64,000 bases of DNA from an uncultured Holophaga sp. (GTDB taxonomy: Bacteria; Acidobacteriota; Holophagae; Holophagales; Holophagaceae), in NCBI GenBank assembly GCA_963664825.1, contig OY761614.1, positions 928,001-992,000 on the forward strand, given 5' to 3'. Position 1 is the first letter of the stretch, and each line of letters opens with the position of its first letter. The notes beneath the pieces are model-generated. The model searched no databases. It worked only from the letters and a program-made list of their open reading frames with translations, and was not told the origin of the DNA. Both the position numbers and the translations under genes were made by a program. Positions 1 to 9,685 of this stretch are shown in pieces.

Positions 1-1403
1 ATGGCCGTGCCCCCCAGATCCAGACCGCGGTTCAGGTCCCGCAGGATCCCCGCCAGGCCGATGGCATCCACGTCGAAGACGGCGGTGGCCCTGGGATAGG
101 GCCCGAGTTTCGGCGGATCCCCGGTGATGGCCAGGATATTGTGCAGTCCGAGGGCCGCCGCGCCGAGGAGGTCGGCCTGGATGCCCAGGAGATTGCGGTC
201 GCGGCAGGCGTAGTGGAGCACGGTCTCGATGCCCACCCGCTGCTGGATGAGGAGGGCCGTGGAAAGGGCCGAGAGCCGGGCCATGGCCCGGGGGCCATCG
301 GGCACGTTCACGCAATCGGCGCCCAGATCCCGGCACTGCTGGGCCTTGACCAGCATCTTCTCCATGTCCAGGCCCCGAGGGGGCACCAGCTCCACGGAAT
401 AGACGAATTCCCGGCGCGCCAGTTTGCCACTGAGGGTCGAGCGCTCCGCGAAGGGCATCGGTTCCACGCCCTGGGGCTCCTCTTCCCGGACCCGCGTTTC
501 CTGGCCCTGATGGAAGGCCTGCTCCTGCCGGAGGGCCCCGCACATGGCCCGGGTGTGGATGGGACTGGTGCCCGCGCAGCCGCCGATGGCCCGGGCCCCG
601 GCCAAGAAGGCCTGCCTGGCGAATTCGCCCAGGTATTCCGGGCTGGCCATGTAGAGCATGCGCCCGTCCACCACCCGAGGCAGGCCGGCACTGGGTTGCA
701 CCAGGATGGGGGAAGTGGCCACCTCTTTGAGGCGGGGCAGCATTTCCAGAATCGTGGCGGGCCCCGCGCCTTCGGAGATGCCCACCAGATCAGCCCCGGC
801 CTCGGAGAGTTTGCGCACGAACCACTCGGGATTCACCGAGAACCCCACGCCGGCGGCTGTGCCTTCATCGGCACTAAAGAGGGCCGCCACGGGAAGATCG
901 GAGACGGCCTTCACCGAGGCCAGGGCCTCCAGGGCCTCATGCAGATCCTGGAAGGATTCCAAGACGAAGAGATCGACCCCTCCTTCCGCCAGGGCCAGGG
1001 CCTGTTCCTGGACGATGCGGTGGGCATCCTCCAGGGCTAGGGGGCCGAAGGGCTCCAGGGTGAGGCCCAAGGGACCGATGCAGCCCGCCACCCAGCCGTT
1101 CCCCCCTTCCAGGGCCCTGCGGGCCAGCCGGGCTCCTTCGCGGTTGATATCGCCCACGCGCTCCGCCAGCCCGAAGGCGCCCAGTTTGGCGCTATTGGCC
1201 GCCCAGGTATTGGTGGTGAGCACCTGGGCCCCGGCGTCTGCGAATTCCCGGTGGATGGCCAGGACCAGATCCGGCCGGGTGAGATTGGTCTCCTCGAAGC
1301 TGCTATTGATGAACACGCCCCGCTCGTAGAGCACCGTGGGCGTGGAGCCGTCGAAGAGGAAGCGCTGGCCCGCTTCCAGGGCGTCCTTGAAGGATGGAGA
1401 CAT
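1..1403 (-). CDS. Bifunctional homocysteine S-methyltransferase / methylenetetrahydrofolate reductase (YitJ-like), 3' end outside window
   Basis: Manually translated from ATG at 1403: MSPSFKDALEAGQRFLFDGSTPTVLYERG...IHREFADAGAQVLTTNTWAAN; later GGCCG-like segment and MTHFR-type VELVPPRG / CRDRN motifs; SAM riboswitch upstream. Missing from ORF track because it runs off the edge. Confidence 0.9.
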   Translation of the reverse strand, partial: MSPSFKDALEAGQRFLFDGSTPTVLYERGVFINSSFEETNLTRPDLVLAIHREFADAGAQVLTTNTWAANSAKLGAFGLAERVGDINREGARLARRALEGGNGWVAGCIGPLGLTLEPFGPLALEDAHRIVQEQALALAEGGVDLFVLESFQDLHEALEALASVKAVSDLPVAALFSADEGTAAGVGFSVNPEWFVRKLSEAGADLVGISEGAGPATILEMLPRLKEVATSPILVQPSAGLPRVVDGRMLYMASPEYLGEFARQAFLAGARAIGGCAGTSPIHTRAMCGALRQEQAFHQGQETRVREEEPQGVEPMPFAERSTLSGKLARREFVYSVELVPPRGLDMEKMLVKAQQCRDLGADCVNVPDGPRAMARLSALSTALLIQQRVGIETVLHYACRDRNLLGIQADLLGAAALGLHNILAITGDPPKLGPYPRATAVFDVDAIGLAGILRDLNRGLDLGGTA

Positions 1404-1499
1404 GGAACCTCGAGGGAAAAGGCCCGCCAAGCCCATGTGCGACACCCCCCGAGGAACCATGGACTCCCGGGAAGATCCTTGCCGTTCCTATTTCAGCTC

Positions 1500-1612
1500 A
1501 GCATCTTTCCCGGATGGCAGCCTCGCCACCCCGGGGGGAATTGGCACCACGCTTGGGAGCAAGCAGGTTGCCAAGGTTTCACAGGGCCCGTCCCTCCACC
1601 TTTCTGGATATC
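1500..1612 (-). ncRNA. SAM-I (S-box) riboswitch
   Basis: Reverse complement reads UAUCCAGAAAGGUGGAGGGACGGGCCCUGUGAAACCUUGGCAACC...GGUGCCAAUUCC...GGAAAGAUG, matching the SAM-I consensus; directly upstream of a methionine-synthesis gene. Confidence 0.95.
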
Positions 1613-1682
1613 GCGCTATGGAACTGGCAAAGACCTGGACGAACCAGGATGGGGCCCCGCCCCTGCCCCGTCAAGCGAGCGC

Positions 1683-3482
1683 TCATAATCCCAGCGCGGG
1701 GAACCCCACCACCTGGTTGCGGCCATTCCCCTTGGCCCCATAGAGGGCCTTGTCGGCCGAGGCCATAAGGGTCTCCCCATCCGAGCCATGCTCGGGGAAT
1801 GTGGCCACGCCGATGCTCACCGTCACCCGACATCCGGCAGGGAAATCGGGTTCGGGCAGGGAGAGCGCTTCCACGCAGAGGCGCAGGCGATCCGCCATGA
1901 TGAGGGCTACCTCGAAGGCCGTGAAGGGCAGCAGGATCGCGAACTCTTCGCCACCATAGCGGGCCACCACATCGCCCCCGCGCACCTGTTCCCGGAGACA
2001 ACGCACGACGGCGCGCAGTACCTGATCCCCCGCCTCGTGCCCGAACTGGTCATTGAACTGCTTGAAGTGATCGATATCGAGCATGAGGGCCGAGAGCGAC
2101 TGTGCCCCCCGCCGAGCCTGATCGACCAGCTTGCCCAGGATCTCGTCCAGGAAGCGGCGGTTGTAGATGCCGGTGAGTCCATCCCGAATGGCCTGGTCCT
2201 TGGCCAGATGCAGGGCCCGGAGGGCCTGGAGGGCGGAGGCCGCGATGGAGATGCAGGCCTCGGCGATGCGGCAGAGTTTCGGGGTGAAGTGGCCGGGCCG
2301 CCGGGATTGCAGGTTCACCAGGCCCAGGATCTGACCGGAGGCCACCAAGGGAATGCAGAGGTAGGCGCCCCTGCCGGGCACGCCCAGGGCACAGAGGCAG
2401 GCCGTGGGCGCCTTGGAATCGAGCTGGACCGAGCTGCCCTTCTGCATGGCCCGGCAGGCCATGGCGTCCTCGAACATGCGAGAGCCGGTCTCGTCCATCT
2501 CCAGTGGCAACGCGGCCTGGAGGCCATCCCCCACAGAAGGCCGCAGCAACACCTGGACGAGGTCCACCTCCAGGCGGCGCCGCAGGGCCTGTTCCAGGGC
2601 CGCCAGGAGATCCTCCTCCCGGTCGATGCGCTGCACCAGTTCCGTGAACTCCCGAATGGCCTGGGCCTCCTCCTGGTCCTGAAGCAGGGTCTGCTCCCGT
2701 TCCCGGGCTCGGATATCGAGTTCGAAGAGGGCCTGGCCGAGCACCTCCACCTCGCGCACGGAATGGATCGATTCGGGTTCAGGGAATCCTGCCCCCAACC
2801 TAGCCGCGTCGGCGAGCTCGATGAGGGGGTCGGCGATCTTCCGCAGGATCCAGCGGGAGATGCTGAGCCCCAGGAAGAACATGACCAGCATCGCGATTCC
2901 CGACATCCACCGGGCGGCTCCAAGGGAGGCCTCCACCGCCTCGAGACGGGCATTATCGCGCTCGTCCAGGAACCTCAGGAGAGAATCACTGGCCTCCCGG
3001 ATGGCCTCGAAGCTCCGCTTTTCCGCTTCAAGGTCCCCCTTGAGATTGGGGAGGGGGGCCACCCTCCGCCGCCGCACCAAGGGATCGGCCACATCCTCAT
3101 GCCAGCCCCGGATGATCCCCTGGAGCCGATCGACCCGGAGCCGGGCCTCTTCCTGATCGGAAGGATCCAGGTTTTCCAGTGTGCTCCGAAAGGCCTCGGC
3201 CTCGACCTTTATTCCCTGGTAGTAGGACCCCAGCAGGCCGACATCGCCGATGCCCAGGAAGCCCCGAAGGCCCACCTCCTCATCGAGAAGGGTTGCCATG
3301 AGCGACTGCTGTGACCGGTAGCGATTCAGGGCCCGGATCTGGGCCTCCGCCTGCTCGGAGATACGCATCTCCACGAAATACCTGAGGCCATAGCTGGCCA
3401 CGGCGAAGGCCAGCGAAATCCCGACCAGGCCCAGATAGAGGTGGGTCCGGAGGGAATGATGTCGGGGCAGGGGGTCCAGCAT
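1683..3482 (-). CDS. Membrane sensor diguanylate cyclase (CHASE3-like + GAF + GGDEF)
   Basis: Two TM segments flanking an LRGFL-containing periplasmic domain; GAF-like region; DGLTGIYNRR, DIDHFKQFNDQFGH, RGGD I-site and GGEEF active site. Confidence 0.92.
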   Translation of the reverse strand: MLDPLPRHHSLRTHLYLGLVGISLAFAVASYGLRYFVEMRISEQAEAQIRALNRYRSQQSLMATLLDEEVGLRGFLGIGDVGLLGSYYQGIKVEAEAFRSTLENLDPSDQEEARLRVDRLQGIIRGWHEDVADPLVRRRRVAPLPNLKGDLEAEKRSFEAIREASDSLLRFLDERDNARLEAVEASLGAARWMSGIAMLVMFFLGLSISRWILRKIADPLIELADAARLGAGFPEPESIHSVREVEVLGQALFELDIRAREREQTLLQDQEEAQAIREFTELVQRIDREEDLLAALEQALRRRLEVDLVQVLLRPSVGDGLQAALPLEMDETGSRMFEDAMACRAMQKGSSVQLDSKAPTACLCALGVPGRGAYLCIPLVASGQILGLVNLQSRRPGHFTPKLCRIAEACISIAASALQALRALHLAKDQAIRDGLTGIYNRRFLDEILGKLVDQARRGAQSLSALMLDIDHFKQFNDQFGHEAGDQVLRAVVRCLREQVRGGDVVARYGGEEFAILLPFTAFEVALIMADRLRLCVEALSLPEPDFPAGCRVTVSIGVATFPEHGSDGETLMASADKALYGAKGNGRNQVVGFPALGL

Positions 3483-3565
3483 GGTTTGGGCTCCGCAAAG
3501 GCTATCGGCAGAACCCACCGGAACTCATGAACAGGCATCCGAAAAAACCCCAGCTGGGCTAGTCT

Positions 3566-5260
3566 GTGATTATGCTTGCCTCTCTGCGAATCCAGAACCT
3601 CGCCCTGGTCGAGGACCTGACGGTGCCCTTCGAGGCCGGCTTCACCGTGCTGACGGGGGAGACCGGCGCTGGGAAATCCCTCCTGGTGGATGCCTTGGCC
3701 CTGCTGGTGGGGGCCCGAGGCGACCTGGAGCTGGTGCGTGTGGGTTCGGAAAGGGCCGTGGTCGAAGGCGTCATCGAGGATGGCTTCGAGGGCTGGAGGG
3801 GGTTTCTGGAGGCCCGGGGCCTGCCCGCGGAACAGCCCGTCGTGCTGCGCCGGGAAGTGGGGGCCCAGGGCCGCAGCCGCGCCTGGATCAATGGCGCCAG
3901 CTGCAACCTGGGCGATCTCCGGGAAGCCGGGCGCATCTGGATGCGCCTCACGAGTCAGCATGACCACCAGTCCCTGCTCTCAGAAGAACGCCATCTGGGC
4001 CTGCTGGACGAGGCCCTGGGCCTCCACCCGGATCTCTCCAGCGAAGCCGAAGCCGTGCGCGAGGCCGAGGCCGCGCTGAGGGCGCGGCGCAAGAGCGAAT
4101 CCGAGCGGGAATCCCGCCTGGCGTGGCTGGCCGATCAGATCCAGGATCTGGAAAAGCTCGCTCCCAAACCCGGCGAATGGCTCCAACTCCGGGATGAGCG
4201 CGAGCCCTTGCGCCACGCCGCCCACCTCGAACAGGCCTTTCGGGAGGCCAGCGAGGCCTTCCGGGAGGCCATGCCCCAGATCGAGACCGCCCACCGCGCC
4301 TTCATCAGAGCCGCCAGTGTGCTGCCCGATACCCAGCTCGAAGTGGACCGCCTGCGCTCGGCTCTGCTGGAACTGGAGGATCTCCAGGCCCTGGGCCAGG
4401 AACAGGCCATCCACTGGTCCAAGTCCGGCGTGGAGCGCATCGAGGCCGTGGAATCGCGCCTGGCCGCCTTCGAGAGGCTGGCCCGCCGCCACCACTGCGA
4501 GCCCGAGGAACTGGCCGATCGGCTGAAGGTCTTCCGGGAGGAACAGCGGGATCTGTTGGCTGGATCATCTTCCATCCAGGATCTGGAGAAGCGACTGGCC
4601 AAGGCCGCCGAAGCCTACCGGAAGGCCGCCGAAGCCCTGCATGAGCGGCGGGGCACCTGGATCCCCAAGCTCGAAAAGGAAGTCCACGCCCGGCTCCAGA
4701 AGCTCGGCATGGGGGGCGCGCGCCTTCAGGCTCGGCTGAGCCTCGCCGGGGAACCGGGCAGCCCCGTGCAACAGGCCGGGCAGTCCGTGAGGGTCTCGGC
4801 CTCCGGATTTTCCGCCCTGGCCCTCTGGATCGAGCCCAACCCGGGCGAAGGCTTCCGCCCCCTGGCCAAGATCGCTTCGGGCGGAGAACTGAGCCGCGTG
4901 ATGCTGGCCTTCCTGGGGGCCGGCATGGCCCTGGGCGAAGGCACAGAAGAGGGCCTCACCCTCGTGCTGGACGAAGTGGACGCCGGCATCGGCGGCGAAA
5001 CGGCCCTGGCGGTGGGCGCCGCGGTGCGGGAACTGGGAAAGCGCCACCAGGTCCTGGCCGTCACCCATCTCGCCCAGGTCGCCGCCCGAGCCGAACACCA
5101 CGGCCGTCTCCGCAAGGCCACTCTGGCAGGCCGCACCCGCAGCGAACTCAGCTGGCTCGAGGGAGAGACCCAGGTGAAGGAACTGGCCCGGCTGCTCTCG
5201 GGGCACCCCGAGGGCCTCGAAGCCCAGGCCCACGCCAGGAGCCTGCTGGGATCACTCTGA
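3566..5260 (+). CDS. recN: DNA repair protein RecN
   Basis: LTGETGAGKS Walker A, coiled-coil middle, ASGGELSR signature, LDEVDAGIGG, VTHLAQVA. Confidence 0.95.
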   Translation: MIMLASLRIQNLALVEDLTVPFEAGFTVLTGETGAGKSLLVDALALLVGARGDLELVRVGSERAVVEGVIEDGFEGWRGFLEARGLPAEQPVVLRREVGAQGRSRAWINGASCNLGDLREAGRIWMRLTSQHDHQSLLSEERHLGLLDEALGLHPDLSSEAEAVREAEAALRARRKSESERESRLAWLADQIQDLEKLAPKPGEWLQLRDEREPLRHAAHLEQAFREASEAFREAMPQIETAHRAFIRAASVLPDTQLEVDRLRSALLELEDLQALGQEQAIHWSKSGVERIEAVESRLAAFERLARRHHCEPEELADRLKVFREEQRDLLAGSSSIQDLEKRLAKAAEAYRKAAEALHERRGTWIPKLEKEVHARLQKLGMGGARLQARLSLAGEPGSPVQQAGQSVRVSASGFSALALWIEPNPGEGFRPLAKIASGGELSRVMLAFLGAGMALGEGTEEGLTLVLDEVDAGIGGETALAVGAAVRELGKRHQVLAVTHLAQVAARAEHHGRLRKATLAGRTRSELSWLEGETQVKELARLLSGHPEGLEAQAHARSLLGSL

Positions 5261-5421
5261 GGTAGAGGAACAGCCAAGAAGAGGGGAGACCCCATTCGAC
5301 CCGCCTGTTTTCCTGCCTACAGGGTTCCCATTGAAGCCACCAACATGGAGATGATCCGGTTCGCCAGAGTGCTTCTCCAGGGCCTTGTTCTGCGGACCCA
5401 CCCCATTGGCTTATGCGAGTC

Positions 5422-6063
5422 TTACTTGGTTTTCGGCGCGTAGGGGCCATCTGGGAGGCCCTGATTTACCCGAAACACAGCTTGACCGTTGGCCTGCTGG
5501 GCGAGCGGAATGTAGTTAGGGGCAGCCTTGGTCACGCCGGCAGTGATGGCCGCGCTAATCAGGTCCACGAGCGGGTTGCCACTGGAATTATTCTGCGGAG
5601 TATAAACCAGGGACTCTTGGGCGGCCCATAACTCCTCACCCGTCTTCCCGCTCTTCAACGAATACTTGAAGGCAACCTTCACGGATGTGGAAAGGACAGC
5701 GTATTCGGCAGTCCAAGTGTCAATGGTGATGTAGAGAATGGTGTCTGTGCCGAACAGTGCGCCGAGACGCTTGGGACTCGCATTGTGGACGAGGTTTGCA
5801 TCGGCGAGACCGTCGTCCTCGAGTACACGTTTCACGAGATTGACCGGGAAGACGTAGTAGCCCCGCTCAGCCACAGGCCTGCTGATGGTGGCAAGGAAGT
5901 AGTCGGCCGCGGTCACATCGACACTCCTGTTGATGACGGGGACGATGAGGATGGACTTGGGGTTTTCCGCTCGAAATTTCGTGTAATCCTTGGGGTACGC
6001 TTCGGGGGGGCGGCAGCCAAGACCAAGCAGAGCCGCAGACACACAAATCAAAAGGGCTTTCAT
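5422..6063 (-). CDS. DUF799 / GNA1162-like lipoprotein
   Basis: Lipobox LGLGC; PKSILIVPVINRS, ERGYYVFP, GLPDGPY motifs; typical neighbour of DUF4810 and CsgG. Confidence 0.8.
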   Translation of the reverse strand: MKALLICVSAALLGLGCRPPEAYPKDYTKFRAENPKSILIVPVINRSVDVTAADYFLATISRPVAERGYYVFPVNLVKRVLEDDGLADANLVHNASPKRLGALFGTDTILYITIDTWTAEYAVLSTSVKVAFKYSLKSGKTGEELWAAQESLVYTPQNNSSGNPLVDLISAAITAGVTKAAPNYIPLAQQANGQAVFRVNQGLPDGPYAPKTK

Positions 6064-6473
6064 CGGACACTCCCAGCGGCTGCCGCAACAACGGGCTTGG
6101 TCTCCGCAGCGGCGCTTGCTTTGGCAGGCATCGCCTTTGGGTTTTGGCAGGTGAGGATCATCTTGTCCATCAAGAAGGTAGACTCAGGCCACTTCGCCTT
6201 TTCCTTCTGAAACCAGGGGACGGCTTCGTTGTGCTTCTGGGCGGCCATCAGGAAATAGCCGTACTCAGCGTAAATGCCGGGAGGAATGTTCCCGAGGGTT
6301 TCGGCCTTCACGATCTGTTCGTTCAGGGCGAGGCCGTATTTGTCGAGACTGGTCGGATCCTTCATGAGCCGGTATAGGGAGCCTTCGTAGTCTCCCCAAT
6401 GGTAAAGGGTTGGTGGGGTACAAGCGGTGGTTGCCAGCAGCACGAGTGCGCCTGCCAGAAGACCATATTTCAT
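6060..6473 (-). CDS. DUF4810 family lipoprotein
   Basis: Lipobox TTAC; LYHWGDY, PPGIYAEYG, EKAKWPES motifs. Confidence 0.8.
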   Translation of the reverse strand: MKYGLLAGALVLLATTACTPPTLYHWGDYEGSLYRLMKDPTSLDKYGLALNEQIVKAETLGNIPPGIYAEYGYFLMAAQKHNEAVPWFQKEKAKWPESTFLMDKMILTCQNPKAMPAKASAAAETKPVVAAAAGSVR

Positions 6474-6787
6474 CAGTTCACCTCACGGGGAACAATGATG
6501 GAGCGCATCTCGCCGCCTCCAAAGAACACGCGCTGGCTAAGCAGCGTCGACCCTCCAGACCTGATCTCGATCAGGTGGGTTCCGGGCTCGACAGACAAGA
6601 CATTGGGGTCGCCCGCGAAAGCAACGGCATTTCCGACCGGCTTCCCGTCGAGGCAGAGAATCGCGCCTGCAGGCGCACCCACCACCCTCAAGGTCGAGCG
6701 GCCGTCAACGGTCTGGACCGTCGTATTGGGAACCTTGCAGCAGATGGAACCGAGGCCAAGTAATGCGATAGCAACAAACAACCTCAT
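6473..6787 (-). CDS. Small secreted/lipoprotein with PEGA-like beta domain
   Basis: Signal peptide with Cys; PAGAILCLDG...VEPGTHLIEI pattern; translationally coupled within the operon. Confidence 0.6.
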   Translation of the reverse strand: MRLFVAIALLGLGSICCKVPNTTVQTVDGRSTLRVVGAPAGAILCLDGKPVGNAVAFAGDPNVLSVEPGTHLIEIRSGGSTLLSQRVFFGGGEMRSIIVPREVN

Positions 6788-6789
6788 GG

Positions 6790-7734
6790 CTATTTCGCCT
6801 CCGCAACATAGAGCTGATTCTGGGATTGGATGTTCCCTTCCGTGATTTCGCAGACCGCGCCTTCATTGACTTCGGACTCGCCGAACAAGCTAATCACACG
6901 AGCCGAGCCGATGCGTTCAGAGGGAAGGGCGATGTCGAAACCGCTCTGGGCGCTCTTGACCTTCTGCCCATCCCTGAAGATCGCCAATTTGTCACCAACC
7001 TTGAGGCCCTGCCGCTGGCCACCCGTGATGTAGATGCGGTTGTTGTCCACCTTCAGGATGTCTGTGCGCCATGGGCGCTCGTTGATCTTACTGACGAGGT
7101 CGTTCATCACGTCCGAGATAGCCGCACCGATAGCGCGGTCGTTGAGGGTGGCGTCGTAATCAGCGCGGCTGCCATAACCAGCTATAGACCCGGTTTCTGT
7201 ATTGGCCTCACCAGTCCCAGTGGCCGTAAAAAAGGCGAGTCCGGTCTTTACATCGACCAAGCGAATCTCCACCTTGGCGCGCGCAACCTGATTCTTGGTT
7301 GAGCTCAAAAAGCCAACCTTGCCGCCGGTACTGCGACCGAATTCCGTCACGGAGCCAACGATCAGCGTGTCCACACCAACCAGATTCTCCTGGCCTGTCA
7401 GGCGCTGCTCACGCTTGATCTTCTCCAGATCGGGGCGCTCAAACACCAGGAACTGACCGGATTTGATCAGGCGGTTGTAGAGCATATCCGAGGCCTGCTT
7501 GCCCAGCGGGTCTAGGTCACCATCCGTGAGCAGAGAGCGTCCATAGCGCGTTTCGTTGGTGAAGCGCCCCACCGCAATCTTTCGCTTGAACCATTTCTCA
7601 GGCAGAGCATTGGACTGCTGCTGAGCCGTCGCAACAGGGGCAACCGGGACGACCACAGGGGTAGAAACGGTCGCACATCCTAGGCCGACGAGAAGTGCAG
7701 CGATAGACACAGACAGCGCAATAGTCCTGGACAT
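6790..7734 (-). CDS. CsgG/HfaB family outer-membrane lipoprotein with C-terminal extension
   Basis: GGAGG RBS then ATG; lipobox GLGC; KIAVGRF, FLVFERPDLEKI, GSVTEFGR, IRLVDVKTG motifs. Confidence 0.85.
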   Translation of the reverse strand: MSRTIALSVSIAALLVGLGCATVSTPVVVPVAPVATAQQQSNALPEKWFKRKIAVGRFTNETRYGRSLLTDGDLDPLGKQASDMLYNRLIKSGQFLVFERPDLEKIKREQRLTGQENLVGVDTLIVGSVTEFGRSTGGKVGFLSSTKNQVARAKVEIRLVDVKTGLAFFTATGTGEANTETGSIAGYGSRADYDATLNDRAIGAAISDVMNDLVSKINERPWRTDILKVDNNRIYITGGQRQGLKVGDKLAIFRDGQKVKSAQSGFDIALPSERIGSARVISLFGESEVNEGAVCEITEGNIQSQNQLYVAEAK

Positions 7735-7972
7735 CTTCACCTCCATTGCAGGGATTGATCTCATTGCGGATTTCGGGACAAAGCTCACTTCGGTCGGCAC
7801 TGGCTGAGAATGGGATCTTGCATCAGACTACATCACCCCCTCGACCAAGTGATTGTTTTATTATTTTTCCTACCCACAGGATGCCCTTAGAAGACAACCA
7901 GACACCGCATGCAATCTTCTCCGCGGACACCACACCCTGTGTTGAATCCGCTCCTTTGAACCCGGAACCGGT

Positions 7973-9007
7973 TCACCCCAGCCTGGTCTCCCCCCGGGCC
8001 ACCTTCACCAGCGAGGTCAAGGTCTCGTGATTGCCCATCGCCAAGAGCACGTCCCCGACCTGGAAGGTCTCCGTGCCCCGGGGATTGAAGATGAGTCCAC
8101 CTTCGGCGCGGTGGATGCCCACCACGAGGGCGCCTGTGGTGTCCCGCAATCGCGCCTCCCGCATGGACAGGCCCACGAGCTGGGAAAGGGGGTTCACCAG
8201 CACATGTTCGATGGCCATCTCCGTGTGATTGTGGTCGAGCACCACGTCCACGTAGTTCACCAGCTCCGGGTCCAGCAGCAGGGCGGCCATGCGTCGCCCG
8301 CCGATTTCATAGGGGCTCACGATGTGATTGGCGCCGGCGGCCCTCAGTTTGTTCTCCGTGCCCCGCTGGGCCGAACGGGCCACGATGGGCAGTTCCGGCG
8401 CCAACTGCTTGGCTGTGAGGGTCACCAGCACGTTGTCGGCGTCGGTGGTGAGGGCCGCGATGAGCCCCCGGGCCCGGTCGATCCCAGCCCGCTGGAGGAT
8501 CAGCTCGTCCATGGCATCGCCATAGAGGAAGACCTCCCCCTCGAAGCGGGGGTTCTTGGAACCCTTGCCCAGTTCCTTTTCGATGATCACGAAGGAGACG
8601 CCCATCTGCTTCAATTCCCAGGCCGCCTGAAAGCCCATCTTGCCGAAACCGCAGACGATGACGTGATCCTGGAGATTGGAAAGTCGTTTTTCCATGCGGC
8701 GCTCCCGGAGGTAGCCCTGGAGGTCTCCCTCCACAATGAGGGCCGTGAGATTGGAGAGGGCGTAGGTGGCCACGCCCAGGCCCGTGATGAGGTAGACGAT
8801 GGTGAAGAGCTTCGTATGGTTGTTGACCTCGCCCAATTCGCGGAAGCCCACCGTGAATAGCGTCGTGATGGCCATGAAGCAGCTGTCGAGGTAGTTCAGC
8901 TTCGCCAGCCACCGGTAGCCCAGCACCCCCACCAGAACGACGAGGGCGAGCAGCAGCAGCGTGTGGCGCAGCCGCTGAAGCGGAGGCGAAGTCTTCGATA
9001 TGGCCAT
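7973..9007 (-). CDS. Potassium channel protein (2-TM pore + TrkA-N/RCK + TrkA-C)
   Basis: TTLFTVGF pore, HVIVCGFGKMG Rossmann motif, DADNVLVTLTAK, TrkA-C with VVGIHR. Confidence 0.9.
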   Translation of the reverse strand: MAISKTSPPLQRLRHTLLLLALVVLVGVLGYRWLAKLNYLDSCFMAITTLFTVGFRELGEVNNHTKLFTIVYLITGLGVATYALSNLTALIVEGDLQGYLRERRMEKRLSNLQDHVIVCGFGKMGFQAAWELKQMGVSFVIIEKELGKGSKNPRFEGEVFLYGDAMDELILQRAGIDRARGLIAALTTDADNVLVTLTAKQLAPELPIVARSAQRGTENKLRAAGANHIVSPYEIGGRRMAALLLDPELVNYVDVVLDHNHTEMAIEHVLVNPLSQLVGLSMREARLRDTTGALVVGIHRAEGGLIFNPRGTETFQVGDVLLAMGNHETLTSLVKVARGETRLG

Positions 9008-9008
9008 T

Positions 9009-9644
9009 TCAGCCCTGCCAACCCTGGCGCGCGAAGCGCCGCAGCCGATCCTCGCTCCCCTGCATCCCCAGGACCCGGGCCACGTAGCGCCCAATGGGGT
9101 CCACCTCGAGATTCACTTCAGAACCGGGCCTCAGGGTTTCCAGACGGGTATGGATCACCGTCTCCGGGATCAGCGCCACGGAAAACCAGTCCCCGCCGCA
9201 CTCCACCACCGTAAGCGAGATCCCATCCACGGCGACGGAGCCCTTGGAGGCCAGCATGGGCGCCAGCGCCGCAGGCATTGCGAAGCGCCAGATGCCCTCC
9301 CCCTCGGGCCGCTCCAGCACCTGCCCCACGCCATCCACATGGCCCGAAACCAGATGGCCGTCCAAAGGTTCCCCCACGCGGAGTGCGGGTTCCAGGTGCA
9401 GCAGGGCCCCGGTGGCCATGCGGCCGAAGGTGGTGCGTTCCAGGGTCTCTTCGGAAAGATCGGCTTCGAAGGTCTTCCCATCCCGCGCCATCACCGTAAG
9501 GCAGGCGCCATTCACGCAGACGCTCGCTCCCAGTTCGGCTCGCACCAGTAATTCCGCGGGAGCCTTGATGCGCAGCCGCGCCCCACCGGGCCGGTGTGTG
9601 CGGCCATCGAGGGCCCCGAGATGACGGATCAAGCCTGTGAACAC
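9009..9644 (-). CDS. ribE: Riboflavin synthase (alpha chain)
   Basis: GTG start giving MFTGLI; GASVCVNGACLT, GHLVSGHVDG, KGSVAVDGISLT, VNLEVD. Confidence 0.95.
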   Translation of the reverse strand: MFTGLIRHLGALDGRTHRPGGARLRIKAPAELLVRAELGASVCVNGACLTVMARDGKTFEADLSEETLERTTFGRMATGALLHLEPALRVGEPLDGHLVSGHVDGVGQVLERPEGEGIWRFAMPAALAPMLASKGSVAVDGISLTVVECGGDWFSVALIPETVIHTRLETLRPGSEVNLEVDPIGRYVARVLGMQGSEDRLRRFARQGWQG

Positions 9645-9685
9645 GTGCCCTCCCCAGCGGCTCGCTTTTCCTGGCGGAAACAACC

